Of a stretch of 40,202 nucleotides of DNA, positions 17,982 through 27,841 are shown piece after piece (position 1 is the first letter of the stretch; each line of letters starts with the position of its first letter). The stretch is from NCBI GenBank assembly GCA_964574145.1, contig CAZNKJ010000006.1, forward strand, positions 1 to 40,202, read 5' to 3'. This DNA comes from an uncultured Candidatus Saccharibacteria bacterium. GTDB taxonomy: Bacteria > Patescibacteriota > Minisyncoccia > Phycocordibacterales > CAZNKJ01. The position numbers and the translations under genes were made by a program. Below the pieces are notes generated by a model. That model was not told the origin of the DNA, ran no database searches, and worked only from the letters and a program-made list of their open reading frames with translations.

Positions 17982-18353
17982 TTAGGCAGAAATTACTTCC
18001 TTAATCTTACTACTTACTTCGTCAAGAGTAAAATTTGATTTAATCATAAAGTCAGAAGCTCCTAATTTTACCCCCTTATCTATATCTTCCTGTTGACCTA
18101 AGTTTGAAAGAATTATAACCGGAATATTTTTTGTTTCGTCTTTTCCTTTAATAGCCGACAAAACATCAAAACCACTCATCCCAGGCAACAATAAATCCAA
18201 CAAAATTACATCTGGATGTTCACTAGCTGAAAGAGCTATAGCCTGCTCCCCTTCAGTAGCATGCAAAACTTGCCAACCTTCTTTTGTAAGCTGTTGTCCA
18301 AGCATATCCTTAAGAAGAGTGTCATCTTCTACTACTAATACTTTTTTATCCAT
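17982..18353 (-). CDS. Single-domain response regulator (receiver only)
   Basis: VLVVEDD, LLDLLLPGMSG and the conserved Lys. No output domain. Confidence 0.95.
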   Translation of the reverse strand: MDKKVLVVEDDTLLKDMLGQQLTKEGWQVLHATEGEQAIALSASEHPDVILLDLLLPGMSGFDVLSAIKGKDETKNIPVIILSNLGQQEDIDKGVKLGASDFMIKSNFTLDEVSSKIKEVISA

Positions 18354-18458
18354 AATTTTAAACTATTTATCTAGTAAATTTTTATTGTTCTTTATATTTA
18401 AAAGGTTTTTCTTTTCTGACTTTAATACTATTAATACAAAGACTCTACTAATATAGTA

Positions 18459-19925
18459 CTATTTTTTCTCTTCCGGCGCGACACTTCCCGTAATCGGTAT
18501 AGTGAAGAAAAAAGTAGTCCCTACTCCCTCCACACTCTCAAACCACATTCGTCCTCCATGATAATTTACAATATTTCGTACTATAAAAAGACCTATACCA
18601 CTACCATCATTTCTTTTCTTTTTAGCTTCTGAGGACCTGAAAAACTTTTGAAAAATATGCTGCTGAGCTTTCGGAGAAATTCCAATTCCATCATCTTTCA
18701 CTGTAACAGTCAGCCTTTTATGATCATTTACCAAAGAAACAGTCACATGCCCCTCATCCTTACCATACCTAATAGCATTTTCTATCAAGTTACGAATAAC
18801 CCAACGAATACGCTCTTTATCTACATATACTTTCGGAAATTCTTCATTGGCGTGATCAAATTGCAACGTAATTTTATTTTTCTGCGCAAAAGTTTTTTCT
18901 TCCTCTATTGTATTCTCAATCTCTTCCTTCAAGGAAAGTTCTTCACGATGAAAACCAAACTTACCCTGTTCTATACCGGCAGCACTCAAAAGCTCACCAA
19001 CAATAGACACAAGCTCTTTTGTTTTTTCAAGAGCTCTTTGCAACAGCATACGTTGATCTTCTTTAAGATTATCACCTCCACTTAGAAGAGCGCCTAATGC
19101 CCAATTGATACCAGAAAGTGGTGTTCTCAATTGGTGTGCTGTGGTGGAAATGAAATCTGATTTTGTCTCAGAAACCACTTTGTCATGCTCTATAGTTGAT
19201 TCAATACGATGAGCCACATCACTGAATGATTCCAAAAGTTCTCCAAAGCTTTCGTCATTATTTGACTTTATTTTTTTATCTTTTGCTTTTTCATCTACCT
19301 CTTCAACACCACTTAACACATCTTGAATTTGTCGAACAGGCTTCATAAAGAATTTACGGATAACTAAGAAAAACAATAGTCCAAAAAGTCCGAAAGCAAC
19401 AAGAAGAAGAAATGTTTGCTGAGTAGCAACAATAATAGCTGGATCAATAAAATAAGATTGATCAATCTCCGTCCACAAAAGCTTATCATTGCGACCTAAA
19501 TATGAGATTTCCACAACACGTTGTTCATTTTTTACATCAAGTCTTATGGACACTTCCCCCCGCCTACCCCTTGGAATTTTTTCTATCACAGCACTATTTA
19601 TCTCCTCTGAATCCGTACTGGCTATAATGTCGCGCGACTGAACATCAACAAGACGAAAAAAGTTTACTCCAGGTTCTTTATTACCCACCCCCTCAAGAGA
19701 ACTCTGTAAAAAATGCTTGGATAAATTTGTTGAGGAGGCGTTTGTATATATTTCATTTTCAAGAATCGTCTTACCAAGTATCTCTATCATCAAAACTCTC
19801 TCATTGAATATTTGATTCAAAGTTGTTTTATAGACGATGCGTCCAGACAAATATACTGAAAATGCCCCTATGACAAGAGCCAAAATCAAAATACTTATAG
19901 AAAAATTTTTCAGAAAAAATTTCAT
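18459..19925 (-). CDS. Membrane sensor histidine kinase
   Basis: Two TM helices flanking an extracytoplasmic domain. H-box TAHQLRTPL, N-box NLIENAIRY, and G boxes DDGIGI and GSGIGL. Confidence 0.95.
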   Translation of the reverse strand: MKFFLKNFSISILILALVIGAFSVYLSGRIVYKTTLNQIFNERVLMIEILGKTILENEIYTNASSTNLSKHFLQSSLEGVGNKEPGVNFFRLVDVQSRDIIASTDSEEINSAVIEKIPRGRRGEVSIRLDVKNEQRVVEISYLGRNDKLLWTEIDQSYFIDPAIIVATQQTFLLLVAFGLFGLLFFLVIRKFFMKPVRQIQDVLSGVEEVDEKAKDKKIKSNNDESFGELLESFSDVAHRIESTIEHDKVVSETKSDFISTTAHQLRTPLSGINWALGALLSGGDNLKEDQRMLLQRALEKTKELVSIVGELLSAAGIEQGKFGFHREELSLKEEIENTIEEEKTFAQKNKITLQFDHANEEFPKVYVDKERIRWVIRNLIENAIRYGKDEGHVTVSLVNDHKRLTVTVKDDGIGISPKAQQHIFQKFFRSSEAKKKRNDGSGIGLFIVRNIVNYHGGRMWFESVEGVGTTFFFTIPITGSVAPEEKK

Positions 19926-20488
19926 ATTTTTATTGTAAGATGCAAATACTCTCTATGTATAAAGACTACAATATAACTAAAAGAAACAAGAAGTAATGAC
20001 TCCCCAACAACAAGAATAGGCTCTGAAATCAATCGTTCATTCATATACCTCCAAAATATAGCAAAAGATCCACTACCATATACTATCATCATCAAAAAAT
20101 TTATTTTTAATTTTCTAGAACTTAAATTCAAAATCTTAAATAATAAGAAACAAACAATAAAGAATAGTATTATTTGAGACAAAAGAAGAAAAGTCATCAA
20201 ATTCATAAATATATTTGAAAATACACCAATCATTTGTCCCCACCAAAAAAATTTCAATATTATAAGCGCAAATAGAGAGAAGGAAATACCGAACCAAACA
20301 GGTTTATTTTTTACATTATCAAAAATAAGAATATTAACACTTTCAATAAATCCAAGAAAAAGAACTACGACAGAAAAAGCTTCAGGAATAAGACATAAAC
20401 ACTGCACCTGTATTCCCCACGCATGAGCAGCCACTTTAAAGATGTCGGGAATATTGGCTAAAGAAATAGTGGTCAATAAATCTCCCAT
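19922..20488 (-). CDS. Polytopic membrane protein, translationally coupled to the kinase
   Basis: About 5 hydrophobic helices and an ATGA overlap with the kinase start. Confidence 0.7.
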   Translation of the reverse strand: MGDLLTTISLANIPDIFKVAAHAWGIQVQCLCLIPEAFSVVVLFLGFIESVNILIFDNVKNKPVWFGISFSLFALIILKFFWWGQMIGVFSNIFMNLMTFLLLSQIILFFIVCFLLFKILNLSSRKLKINFLMMIVYGSGSFAIFWRYMNERLISEPILVVGESLLLVSFSYIVVFIHREYLHLTIKI

Positions 20489-20489
20489 A

Positions 20490-20948
20490 TCATTTTTCTC
20501 TTATACCTAATGAAGAAGTTCCTGAAGAAATTATTTCTCGAAAAACACGAGAAAGAAAACCTACAAATACAAAAGTGGCTAAAACAAGTAACGTGGACTC
20601 AGTCAACATTCCAGAGTAAATTTTATCAATTAGAAAAAATACATCTTGCGAAAGGAAGATTATACTTAATGAAATTACCAACGCTCCTAGAGACAGTGAG
20701 ACTATTGAAGTCTCCATAATAGAATGGGTCCGAAATAATGTAGATATCCATAAAAAGCCTCCCGTCAGAGATAGAACTGTCCAAAATATCATTGATACTA
20801 GCTGTCCCTCCATGGAAAAATTTTGAATATATTTGATATCTTGAGAAATAAGAATATTAGGAGTTAAAATATTTCCAAAAACATAAAACACAGTCAAGAT
20901 ACTCAAAATAAAGCCGACTGTTCCTAGGATAAAAAAAGATCTCTCCAT
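20490..20948 (-). CDS. Four-TM membrane protein
   Basis: Four hydrophobic helices and a 1-nt gap to the next gene. Confidence 0.7.
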   Translation of the reverse strand: MERSFFILGTVGFILSILTVFYVFGNILTPNILISQDIKYIQNFSMEGQLVSMIFWTVLSLTGGFLWISTLFRTHSIMETSIVSLSLGALVISLSIIFLSQDVFFLIDKIYSGMLTESTLLVLATFVFVGFLSRVFREIISSGTSSLGIREK

Positions 20949-21044
20949 TACTTGTTATTTATAAATAATTAATTACTCTACACTACTTGTATCATAGCGA
21001 AATAGACAACATAAAAAAATAGGTAGTGTCCCCACAAAGATTTA

Positions 21045-23072
21045 CTAGGCACCCTCTTCAAGAACACGGATCTCATCTCGTAGAATTGCTGCTGTTTCAA
21101 AGTCCAAGTTTTTCACGGCTTCACCCATCTGTTGTTGTTTATCTTTGATAACCTTTTTGGGGTTTTTCTTATACAATTCCTTATCTATTGTAAGTAATGT
21201 GTTTACAGCGCTTTCGTGCTCACTCTTCAGCTGGTCTGTAATATCCACTATATTCTTTTTAATGGTCTTTGGAGTAATGTCATGTTTCTTATTATAAGCC
21301 TTCTGCATATCCCGACGACGCTCTGTCTCGCTAAGAGCAAGCTTCATGGAACCTGTAATTGAATCCGCATATAAAATTACATGTCCATCTACATTACGAG
21401 CTGCTCGTCCTATAGTCTGAACTAAAGCAGTTTCTGAACGCAAAAACCCCTCTTTATCAGCATCAAGAATACCAACAAGAGTTACTTCAGGAAGATCTAG
21501 TCCCTCGCGCAAGAGATTAACCCCAACGAGAATATCAAAATCCCCCCTGCGAAACTCAGACAGTAGAGTGATTCTATCAATAGTCTTAACGTCACTGTGA
21601 ATATATTCCGCTTTTATGTTTTTTTCACACAGATACACACTCAAATCTTCAGCCATCTTCTTAGTGAGAGTCGTCACCAACACTCGTCCACCATTCAATA
21701 CTGCCTTTTCAGCTTCATTTATAAAATCTTGTATCTGTCCGTGATATTTACCTTTTTCTATAACAGGCCGTACAGAAATTTTTGGATCCAAAAGTCCTGT
21801 TGGCCTAATGACCTGTTCCACCATCTGTCCTAGTGGCTTTACACTATTCTCATACTCATATTTTCCGGGAGTAGCTGACGTATATATGCGCAGTCCCGTC
21901 CTCTCCTCAAACTCATCAAACATTAAAGGTCTGTTGTCTATAGCACTTGGAAGGCGAAAACCGTGCTCCACAAGTGTTTTTTTTCGTGAACGATCTCCAG
22001 CATACATTCCCCCAAGTTGGGGAATGGTCACATGCGACTCATCTATTACTGTCAAAAAATCTGGGAGACCGTCTTCATTGTGCGGAAAATACGAAAGAAG
22101 CGTATGGGAAGGTTCTCCTTCTTCACGCCCATCAAAATGACGGGAATAATTTTCAATACCGTTACAATAACCAATCTCACGCATAAGGGCAGTATCATGA
22201 TTCGTACGACGTTTAAGCCGTTCCGCTTCAAGCAACATCCCCGCTTTTTTAAAATATTTAAGCTGATCATTTAGCTCATTTTTGATATCAAGTATTGCTC
22301 GCTCTCGCTCTTTTTCTGGAGTAATGAAATGTTTTGCTGGAAAAAGAAAAAATGTGTTCGGTTCATCTATTATTCGCTGACTTATCGCATCTATCTTTAA
22401 AATTTTCTTTATTCCTAGGGCAGACAGCTCAAGTCGAAAAATTACCTTTTCATTAACCGGCATTATGTCAACTGAATTGCCTAATGCGCGAAACAAACCA
22501 GGAGAAAGATCTGCAGTGGTACGCTTGAAATGTATATTAACAAGCTTGCGTACTAATTCTGCACGTGTAATTTTCTTGCCTTCAGTTAGTTTGAGATAAA
22601 CTTTTTCATATTCTTTGGGATTACCTAGTCCATAAATACATGAAACAGAAGCTACTATAATCACATCCCTGCGAGTTAATAAAGCTTGCGTAGAAGCATG
22701 CCGTAGACGCTCTATCTCTACATTGATCTGTGCCTCTTTTTCAATATAAGTATCAGAAATCGGCATGTATGCTTCTGGCTGATAGTAATCATAGTAAGAA
22801 ACAAAATAATGTACTGCATTATCTGGAAAAAAATCTCTATACTCCTGAGCAAGCTGGGCAGCTAAAGTCTTATTATGAGCAATGACCAAGGTCGGTTTCT
22901 GGAATTTCTCTATAACATTGGCTACTGTAAAAGTCTTACCCGACCCCGTGACTCCTAAAAGAGTCTGATGTTTATATCCTTTTTTTATTCCAGAAATAAG
23001 CCCCTTGATTGCCTGAGGCTGATCTCCAGATGGTTTAAATAAACTTTTTAGTTTAAAAGTTTTGTTATACAT
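21045..23072 (-). CDS. uvrB: Excinuclease ABC subunit B
   Basis: GVTGSGKT, YYDYYQPEAY, DESH, QTIGRAARN and a C-terminal UVR domain. Confidence 0.97.
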   Translation of the reverse strand: MYNKTFKLKSLFKPSGDQPQAIKGLISGIKKGYKHQTLLGVTGSGKTFTVANVIEKFQKPTLVIAHNKTLAAQLAQEYRDFFPDNAVHYFVSYYDYYQPEAYMPISDTYIEKEAQINVEIERLRHASTQALLTRRDVIIVASVSCIYGLGNPKEYEKVYLKLTEGKKITRAELVRKLVNIHFKRTTADLSPGLFRALGNSVDIMPVNEKVIFRLELSALGIKKILKIDAISQRIIDEPNTFFLFPAKHFITPEKERERAILDIKNELNDQLKYFKKAGMLLEAERLKRRTNHDTALMREIGYCNGIENYSRHFDGREEGEPSHTLLSYFPHNEDGLPDFLTVIDESHVTIPQLGGMYAGDRSRKKTLVEHGFRLPSAIDNRPLMFDEFEERTGLRIYTSATPGKYEYENSVKPLGQMVEQVIRPTGLLDPKISVRPVIEKGKYHGQIQDFINEAEKAVLNGGRVLVTTLTKKMAEDLSVYLCEKNIKAEYIHSDVKTIDRITLLSEFRRGDFDILVGVNLLREGLDLPEVTLVGILDADKEGFLRSETALVQTIGRAARNVDGHVILYADSITGSMKLALSETERRRDMQKAYNKKHDITPKTIKKNIVDITDQLKSEHESAVNTLLTIDKELYKKNPKKVIKDKQQQMGEAVKNLDFETAAILRDEIRVLEEGA

Positions 23073-23152
23073 AATCTAAAAAAGTATTTCCAAAATTTCC
23101 AAGATTCGACTATGAAATAGAAAAGGATTAACTATTTAAAAATCTCTATTAT

Positions 23153-23181
23153 TTGCACAGTATGCTGTTATGGTGTATAAA
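23153..23181 (+). promoter_or_regulatory. Putative sigma70 promoter
   Basis: TTGCAC-N17-TATAAA. It overlaps the ORF-track start at 23170, which argues for the later ATG. Confidence 0.5.
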
Positions 23182-23211
23182 AAGCAACAGGAATCACTTG
23201 AAAGGAGAAGA

Positions 23212-23400
23212 ATGATGGAGGCGTCTACAAGAGCTACACCAACAAACGATGACCGCAAACCGAGATGTTTGTTTGAAAAAACAATCCACGGAAGAGATGC
23301 CAATGATAGGCCAGTGTCAGTCATTGTTAGATGTCTCCGTGTAGAAGAGCATCACGGCAACCATCAATTTGATACGGAAATTCCAAAAAATCGTACCTGA
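23212..23400 (+). CDS. Small orphan protein with possible C/H metal-binding motif
   Basis: AAGGAG SD before the ATG at 23212, RC-x21-C...HHGNH, and a terminator downstream. Confidence 0.6.
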   Translation: MMEASTRATPTNDDRKPRCLFEKTIHGRDANDRPVSVIVRCLRVEEHHGNHQFDTEIPKNRT

Positions 23401-23445
23401 AATAATAAAAACTTTCTTGAGAAAAATACTTGGATTCTCAAATTA

Positions 23446-23474
23446 AAAAGGACGTGAATGACTCATGTCCTTTT
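23446..23474. terminator. Probable bidirectional terminator
   Basis: aaaaggacgtga / tcatgtcctttt stem with a 5-nt loop between convergent genes. Confidence 0.7.
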
Positions 23475-23513
23475 ATTTATTTTTTATAAAATTATATAAA
23501 AAAGTAGAGAATC

Positions 23514-24728
23514 TTATCTTTTGTATGAAGACAGAAAATCTTTTTTAAAATTCTCAAAACGGTTTTCAAGTATAGCTTCTCTCGCCCGTTCTACCAGATG
23601 AGTGAGAAAATAAACATTATGAAAAGAGACAAGCATAGCTCCAAGCATTTCTTTTGCACGAAAAAGATGCGCTAGATACGCTTTTGAGTATTGAGAGCAA
23701 GTGTTACAAAGACACTTCTCATCTGGCTTAGAAAAATCACTAATATACTTGTTGTTAAATAAATTTATTTTGCCGCTGTGTGTATAAAGTACTCCATTAC
23801 GAGCTAGACGTGTTGGAGTAACACAGTCAAATAAATCTACTCCTTTTTCAATACCAGAAAAAATATCTTCCGGCTCTCCTATTCCAAGCAGATGACGTGG
23901 TCTCTCCGGTGGCAACTCCTCACATACCCAACCAACAGCTGTATCTAAATCTTCTTTTATATAAGATCCTCCAATCCCAAAACCATCAAAATTCATGCTT
24001 CCTATCGTGCGCGCACTCTCACGTCTAAGCTCTTCATGTCTACCTCCTTGAACTATCCCAAAAAGCGCCTGCTTATTTTGTACATCTGTATTCTGTCTGT
24101 GAGCAGCCAAACTACGCCTTCCCCAAAGATGAGTTCTGGCTAGAGCCTCTTTTTGATATACATAATTTGCTGAAGGAGAAGTACACTCATCAAAAGCAAA
24201 CATTATATCAGCGCCAATATTGTGCTGAATCTCAATAGACCGCTCGGGAGTAAAGCGATGAAAACTTCCATCAATGTGAGACGTGAAAGAAACTCCTTCT
24301 TCATCTACAATAGCGAGGCGTCCATGTTGACTTGCTATATTTTTATCATATACACTAATTCCTTCTTTCTCCTCATCTCTCTTAGCAAGCTTACTCACGT
24401 GCACGCCAAATGCAGCACCAAGAGAAAATACTTGGAATCCTCCAGAATCAGTCATTAAGGGACTTTGCCAGTTCATAAAAGAATGCAAACCTCCAACTTT
24501 TTTTATAAGCTCATCACCTGGTTGGAGATAGAGGTGATAAGTATTAGCGATAATGACTTGCGCTCCTGCTTTTTTTACATCCTCTGGTTGTAACGCCTTA
24601 ACCGTTCCCTTAGTACCAACAGCAACAAAAGCTGGAGTCTTAATATCGCCATGCAAAGTAGAAAGTACACCAGCTCGACCCCCCCATCCTTTGAGTTTCT
24701 CTAAAATTTTAAAAGAAAAATTTTTCAT
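23514..24728 (-). CDS. tgt: tRNA-guanine transglycosylase
   Basis: NTYHL, TDSGGFQ, GIVQGG, DLFDCV and the zinc site CLCNTC...HN. Confidence 0.96.
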   Translation of the reverse strand: MKNFSFKILEKLKGWGGRAGVLSTLHGDIKTPAFVAVGTKGTVKALQPEDVKKAGAQVIIANTYHLYLQPGDELIKKVGGLHSFMNWQSPLMTDSGGFQVFSLGAAFGVHVSKLAKRDEEKEGISVYDKNIASQHGRLAIVDEEGVSFTSHIDGSFHRFTPERSIEIQHNIGADIMFAFDECTSPSANYVYQKEALARTHLWGRRSLAAHRQNTDVQNKQALFGIVQGGRHEELRRESARTIGSMNFDGFGIGGSYIKEDLDTAVGWVCEELPPERPRHLLGIGEPEDIFSGIEKGVDLFDCVTPTRLARNGVLYTHSGKINLFNNKYISDFSKPDEKCLCNTCSQYSKAYLAHLFRAKEMLGAMLVSFHNVYFLTHLVERAREAILENRFENFKKDFLSSYKR

Positions 24729-24837
24729 ATAAGAAGAATACGCAAGTATCTTACTATAAACAACTACATCCTAATAACAAATATTAGATTTTATTTATCT
24801 GATATCCTGTTATTTAATGATTTTTATTAAACCTGTG

Positions 24838-24874
24838 TATATAAAAACCACAGCAATACTGTGGTTTTTATATA
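24838..24874. terminator. 16-bp inverted repeat, probable terminator of the FKBP gene
   Basis: tatataaaaaccacag-caata-ctgtggtttttatata. Confidence 0.75.
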
Positions 24875-24898
24875 GTTTGATTAAGTTTTTTATTATCT

Positions 24899-25408
24899 CT
24901 ACCTCTTATCGCTGACATTAAGTAACTGTACTTCAAAAATAAGAGTGGAATTAGGCGGTATACTACCCACACCTGAAGAACCGTATCCAAGTGAAGGCGG
25001 AATAGTGAGTGTGCGTTGACCACCTACTCGCATCCCGTCAAATCCCTCTTCCCAGCCTTTAATCACACTTCCTTGACCCAAGACAAAAGTAAACGGAACC
25101 CCTCTGTCAAAAGAGCTGTCAAACTTTGTCCCATCAACCAAACGTCCTGCATAATTAACTGTGAGTGTTTTTCCTGAACGCGCCTCTTCACCTTCGCCGA
25201 TCTTAGTGTCCTTAATACCTAATCCCGAATCAGTAATAATCTCAGATACAACTCTTGTCTCAACAGAGGAAGATGTCTCCGAAGATGTCTTCGTGGTATC
25301 TTTATTACCACCAAAAAAACGAAAAGGAACAAATAAATAGAATACTACAAATATAATTATAAGAACTAATGAAACTGCTATCCATTCTGTTTGTGACATT
25401 TTTTTCAT
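24899..25408 (-). CDS. Membrane-anchored FKBP-type peptidyl-prolyl isomerase
   Basis: VNYAGRLVDGTKFDSS, VIKGWEEG, IPPSLGYG, IPPNSTLIFEV. Confidence 0.95.
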   Translation of the reverse strand: MKKMSQTEWIAVSLVLIIIFVVFYLFVPFRFFGGNKDTTKTSSETSSSVETRVVSEIITDSGLGIKDTKIGEGEEARSGKTLTVNYAGRLVDGTKFDSSFDRGVPFTFVLGQGSVIKGWEEGFDGMRVGGQRTLTIPPSLGYGSSGVGSIPPNSTLIFEVQLLNVSDKR

Positions 25409-25502
25409 ATATAAACTGGTAAAAAATATTAAGTGAGTATATGATACCTTTCTTACTGAACTCAGTGCAACTGTTTTTATTAACTAATGTATAATTCAAA
25501 GA

Positions 25503-26219
25503 ATGAAAAACCTTCCTATAACTTATCCCATACGGATCAATAAATATTTAGCACTACATGGCTATGCGTCACGTAGAGGAGCTGATGATCTTATTAAGAA
25601 AGGATTCGTTAAGATAAATGGGAAACGAGCTTTATTGGGAGATATTGTTGAAAAAAATGATGAAGTAAAAGTATTGCACAGCAAGAAAAGACAAAAACTA
25701 CTATATTTTATATACAACAAACCAATAGGAATTGTCACTCATGGGCCGCAGAATAAAGAAGAGGATATTGTTACTAAAATAAAAAGAAAAGATTTATTTC
25801 CAATAGGACGATTAGATAAGAACTCTCATGGGCTTATAATTCTTACTAACGATGGACGCATCACAGGTCCACTTCTAAATCCAGAGGAAAAACATGAAAA
25901 AGAATACCTGGTTAGAGTAGATAAAAAAATTTCAAATCATCTTATTAAATGGCTGACGCAAGGAGTTAATATAGAAGGCTATATTACTAAACCTGCTGTA
26001 GTTGCAAAAAAGAGTGATACGCAATTTTCAATTATATTAACTGAGGGTAAGACTCATCAGATCAGACGTATGTGTGCCGCTTTAGGATATGTCGTACGAG
26101 ATTTAAAACGTGTTCGCATTATGAATATAAAAATTGGTTCACTGAAAAAAAATGAATTGCAAGAAATTAAAGAAAAGGAACTCCAAACCCTCCTTGACTC
26201 AATCCAAATAAAAACCTAA
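25503..26219 (+). CDS. rRNA pseudouridine synthase, RsuA/RluB/RluF family
   Basis: S4 domain (RINKYLA..SRRGAD), catalytic GRLDK and EGKTHQIRRM. Confidence 0.93.
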   Translation: MKNLPITYPIRINKYLALHGYASRRGADDLIKKGFVKINGKRALLGDIVEKNDEVKVLHSKKRQKLLYFIYNKPIGIVTHGPQNKEEDIVTKIKRKDLFPIGRLDKNSHGLIILTNDGRITGPLLNPEEKHEKEYLVRVDKKISNHLIKWLTQGVNIEGYITKPAVVAKKSDTQFSIILTEGKTHQIRRMCAALGYVVRDLKRVRIMNIKIGSLKKNELQEIKEKELQTLLDSIQIKT

Positions 26220-26277
26220 CTTTCATCATAAAAAATTAAACTTTTCAAAAACTTATGGGACCGACCGTTAGAGTCTT

Positions 26278-26793
26278 TTATTGTACTCTCTTTTTTAGAT
26301 CTAGATCTTCAGTTTGAGTTTTGGTATTCACAGAATCTATTTCACCATATTCTATACGAATCCTTAAACCATCCCGCAGTTCTACAACGCTCCCAATAGA
26401 AACAGGCTCGTCATTAACTAATACAATGGGCATCTTTCCATCACGTTTGAAAGGCTCCCCCCAGACATCAAAAAATTGTTGGAGAGTGAATACCCTACTA
26501 GATGACGCTGACTCAACATGTATCACTCCACCAGCCTCATGAGTGTGCAACTCTGACAAACACATCCCTGAAACTCCTATATTAGAAGGAACAGGCACTT
26601 GTACACCATCTTCATAGATCTCTAGTTTAGAGTGAGAATGTTGTACAATACTCTGTTCTCCTTGAGAAAGACATCGAATATCAGTATTTTTCCATACTCC
26701 AGATACGGTAGTACCTGTCATCTTCCCAAAAATCATGAGGCTGATCACAAAAACTAACACAGCTAATCCAATTAAAATATCACGAGTTTTCAT
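26278..26793 (-). CDS. Membrane-anchored hypothetical protein with His-rich motifs
   Basis: N-terminal TM helix, HSH...VPSNIG...C..ELHTHE..GVIHVES. Confidence 0.75.
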   Translation of the reverse strand: MKTRDILIGLAVLVFVISLMIFGKMTGTTVSGVWKNTDIRCLSQGEQSIVQHSHSKLEIYEDGVQVPVPSNIGVSGMCLSELHTHEAGGVIHVESASSSRVFTLQQFFDVWGEPFKRDGKMPIVLVNDEPVSIGSVVELRDGLRIRIEYGEIDSVNTKTQTEDLDLKKRVQ

Positions 26794-26811
26794 ATAAATA
26801 TCATTTATATT

Positions 26812-27285
26812 TTATCCTTTAATAAAAAGTTCAAATTTATCAAGATCTTCTTCTGGAGATACTTCTATTAAGTTTAACAGCACCGGCTTATTATTCCACG
26901 TGGCATTAATTTCTGCATCCTCCCCCGCTCCGAAGGTTTCTTTGAAACGCCCTGGGGTTATGACTTCTGCACATATATCTGAATTATTTACAGTAGTAAA
27001 ACGTATGGTAGCGATATCTTTTGCTGGTTCACGAACTTTAACAAAAGATTCCGTTTCAAGTAAATAACATGGAGTTGGAAGTTCCACTTCTCCCGCAACA
27101 GTATGTATATTATTTTTAAATTGATGTTTGGCATTTATGATTCGCGGCACGTAACCCTCTTCTTTTTTAATGGGAGGAGATATGGTTTGTTCTTTTTGCG
27201 TATTGTATTCGTAATACCACAAAGAACCTGCTGCGATCACAAGCACCACGACACTAACTACTCCAATAGATAAACGAGAGTTCAT
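26812..27285 (-). CDS. Membrane-anchored hypothetical protein
   Basis: N-terminal TM helix and a PTPCY ... CAEVIT cysteine pair. Confidence 0.75.
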   Translation of the reverse strand: MNSRLSIGVVSVVVLVIAAGSLWYYEYNTQKEQTISPPIKKEEGYVPRIINAKHQFKNNIHTVAGEVELPTPCYLLETESFVKVREPAKDIATIRFTTVNNSDICAEVITPGRFKETFGAGEDAEINATWNNKPVLLNLIEVSPEEDLDKFELFIKG

Positions 27286-27309
27286 ATACGCTCAGTATAT
27301 CACTTAAAT

Positions 27310-27804
27310 TCAATTATTATTATGAAGAGAGAAAATAATTAGACTGTCAAATCTATTTTTTTAAGACATACGAAGTAATGTCAATTCTTGAATCAACAAA
27401 ATTACCTTTTATTTCTCCATCAGAATTAACCCATATTTGCTCTGGAACAAATTTGTAAATTCTCCTGGGTAATAACCCCAAAAAATCTTCTGGGTTTTTA
27501 GGCTTCTTGCTTTTTCTTAAATAAAGTAATTTTAGTGATTTTATAATTTCTACAATCTCTTTTTCTTTTCTAATTGACGTGCTTTGCCTTTCTTATAAAC
27601 TCCAAAACCAGTACTTTCTGCAACGGTAGAATCATAAATCACGACAAAAACTTTCTTGTTCTCTTTTATATTTTTGGAATGTTGATTTTCTTTCCAAGAA
27701 ACCCAATAGAAATTGTAACTTTTGCCAAAAGTAGAATAAATTGGAGAATTCCAAAGTTGATTATTTTTGTCACAAGTAGTAATGGTTATATATAAAATAT
27801 CTTT
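27310..27804 (-). pseudogene. Frameshifted, start-less pyridoxamine 5'-phosphate oxidase-like (FMN split-barrel) gene
   Basis: Minus frame A reads KDILYITITTCDKNNQLWNSPIYSTFGKSYNFYWVSWKENQHSKNIKENKKVFVVIYDST...GKARQLEKKKRL*. The -1 frame continues EIVEIIKSLKLLYLRK...LPRRIYKFVPEQIWVN...RIDIT. The break is in the A-run near 27560, and there is no ATG/GTG/TTG before the upstream in-frame stop at 27856-27858. Confidence 0.7.
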
Positions 27805-27841
27805 GACACAATCGGTTGTTATGTAAAGTTTATAAGAATAA

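Noticed and set aside
23073-23135. Shared SOS/LexA box upstream of uvrA, uvrB and uvrC
   Set aside because: I found only short AT-rich matches (for example cgactat, and ttggaaat twice), with no convincing common palindrome.
27574-27795. 73-aa plus-strand ORF
   Set aside because: Antisense to the PNPOx-like pseudogene, which explains the region better.
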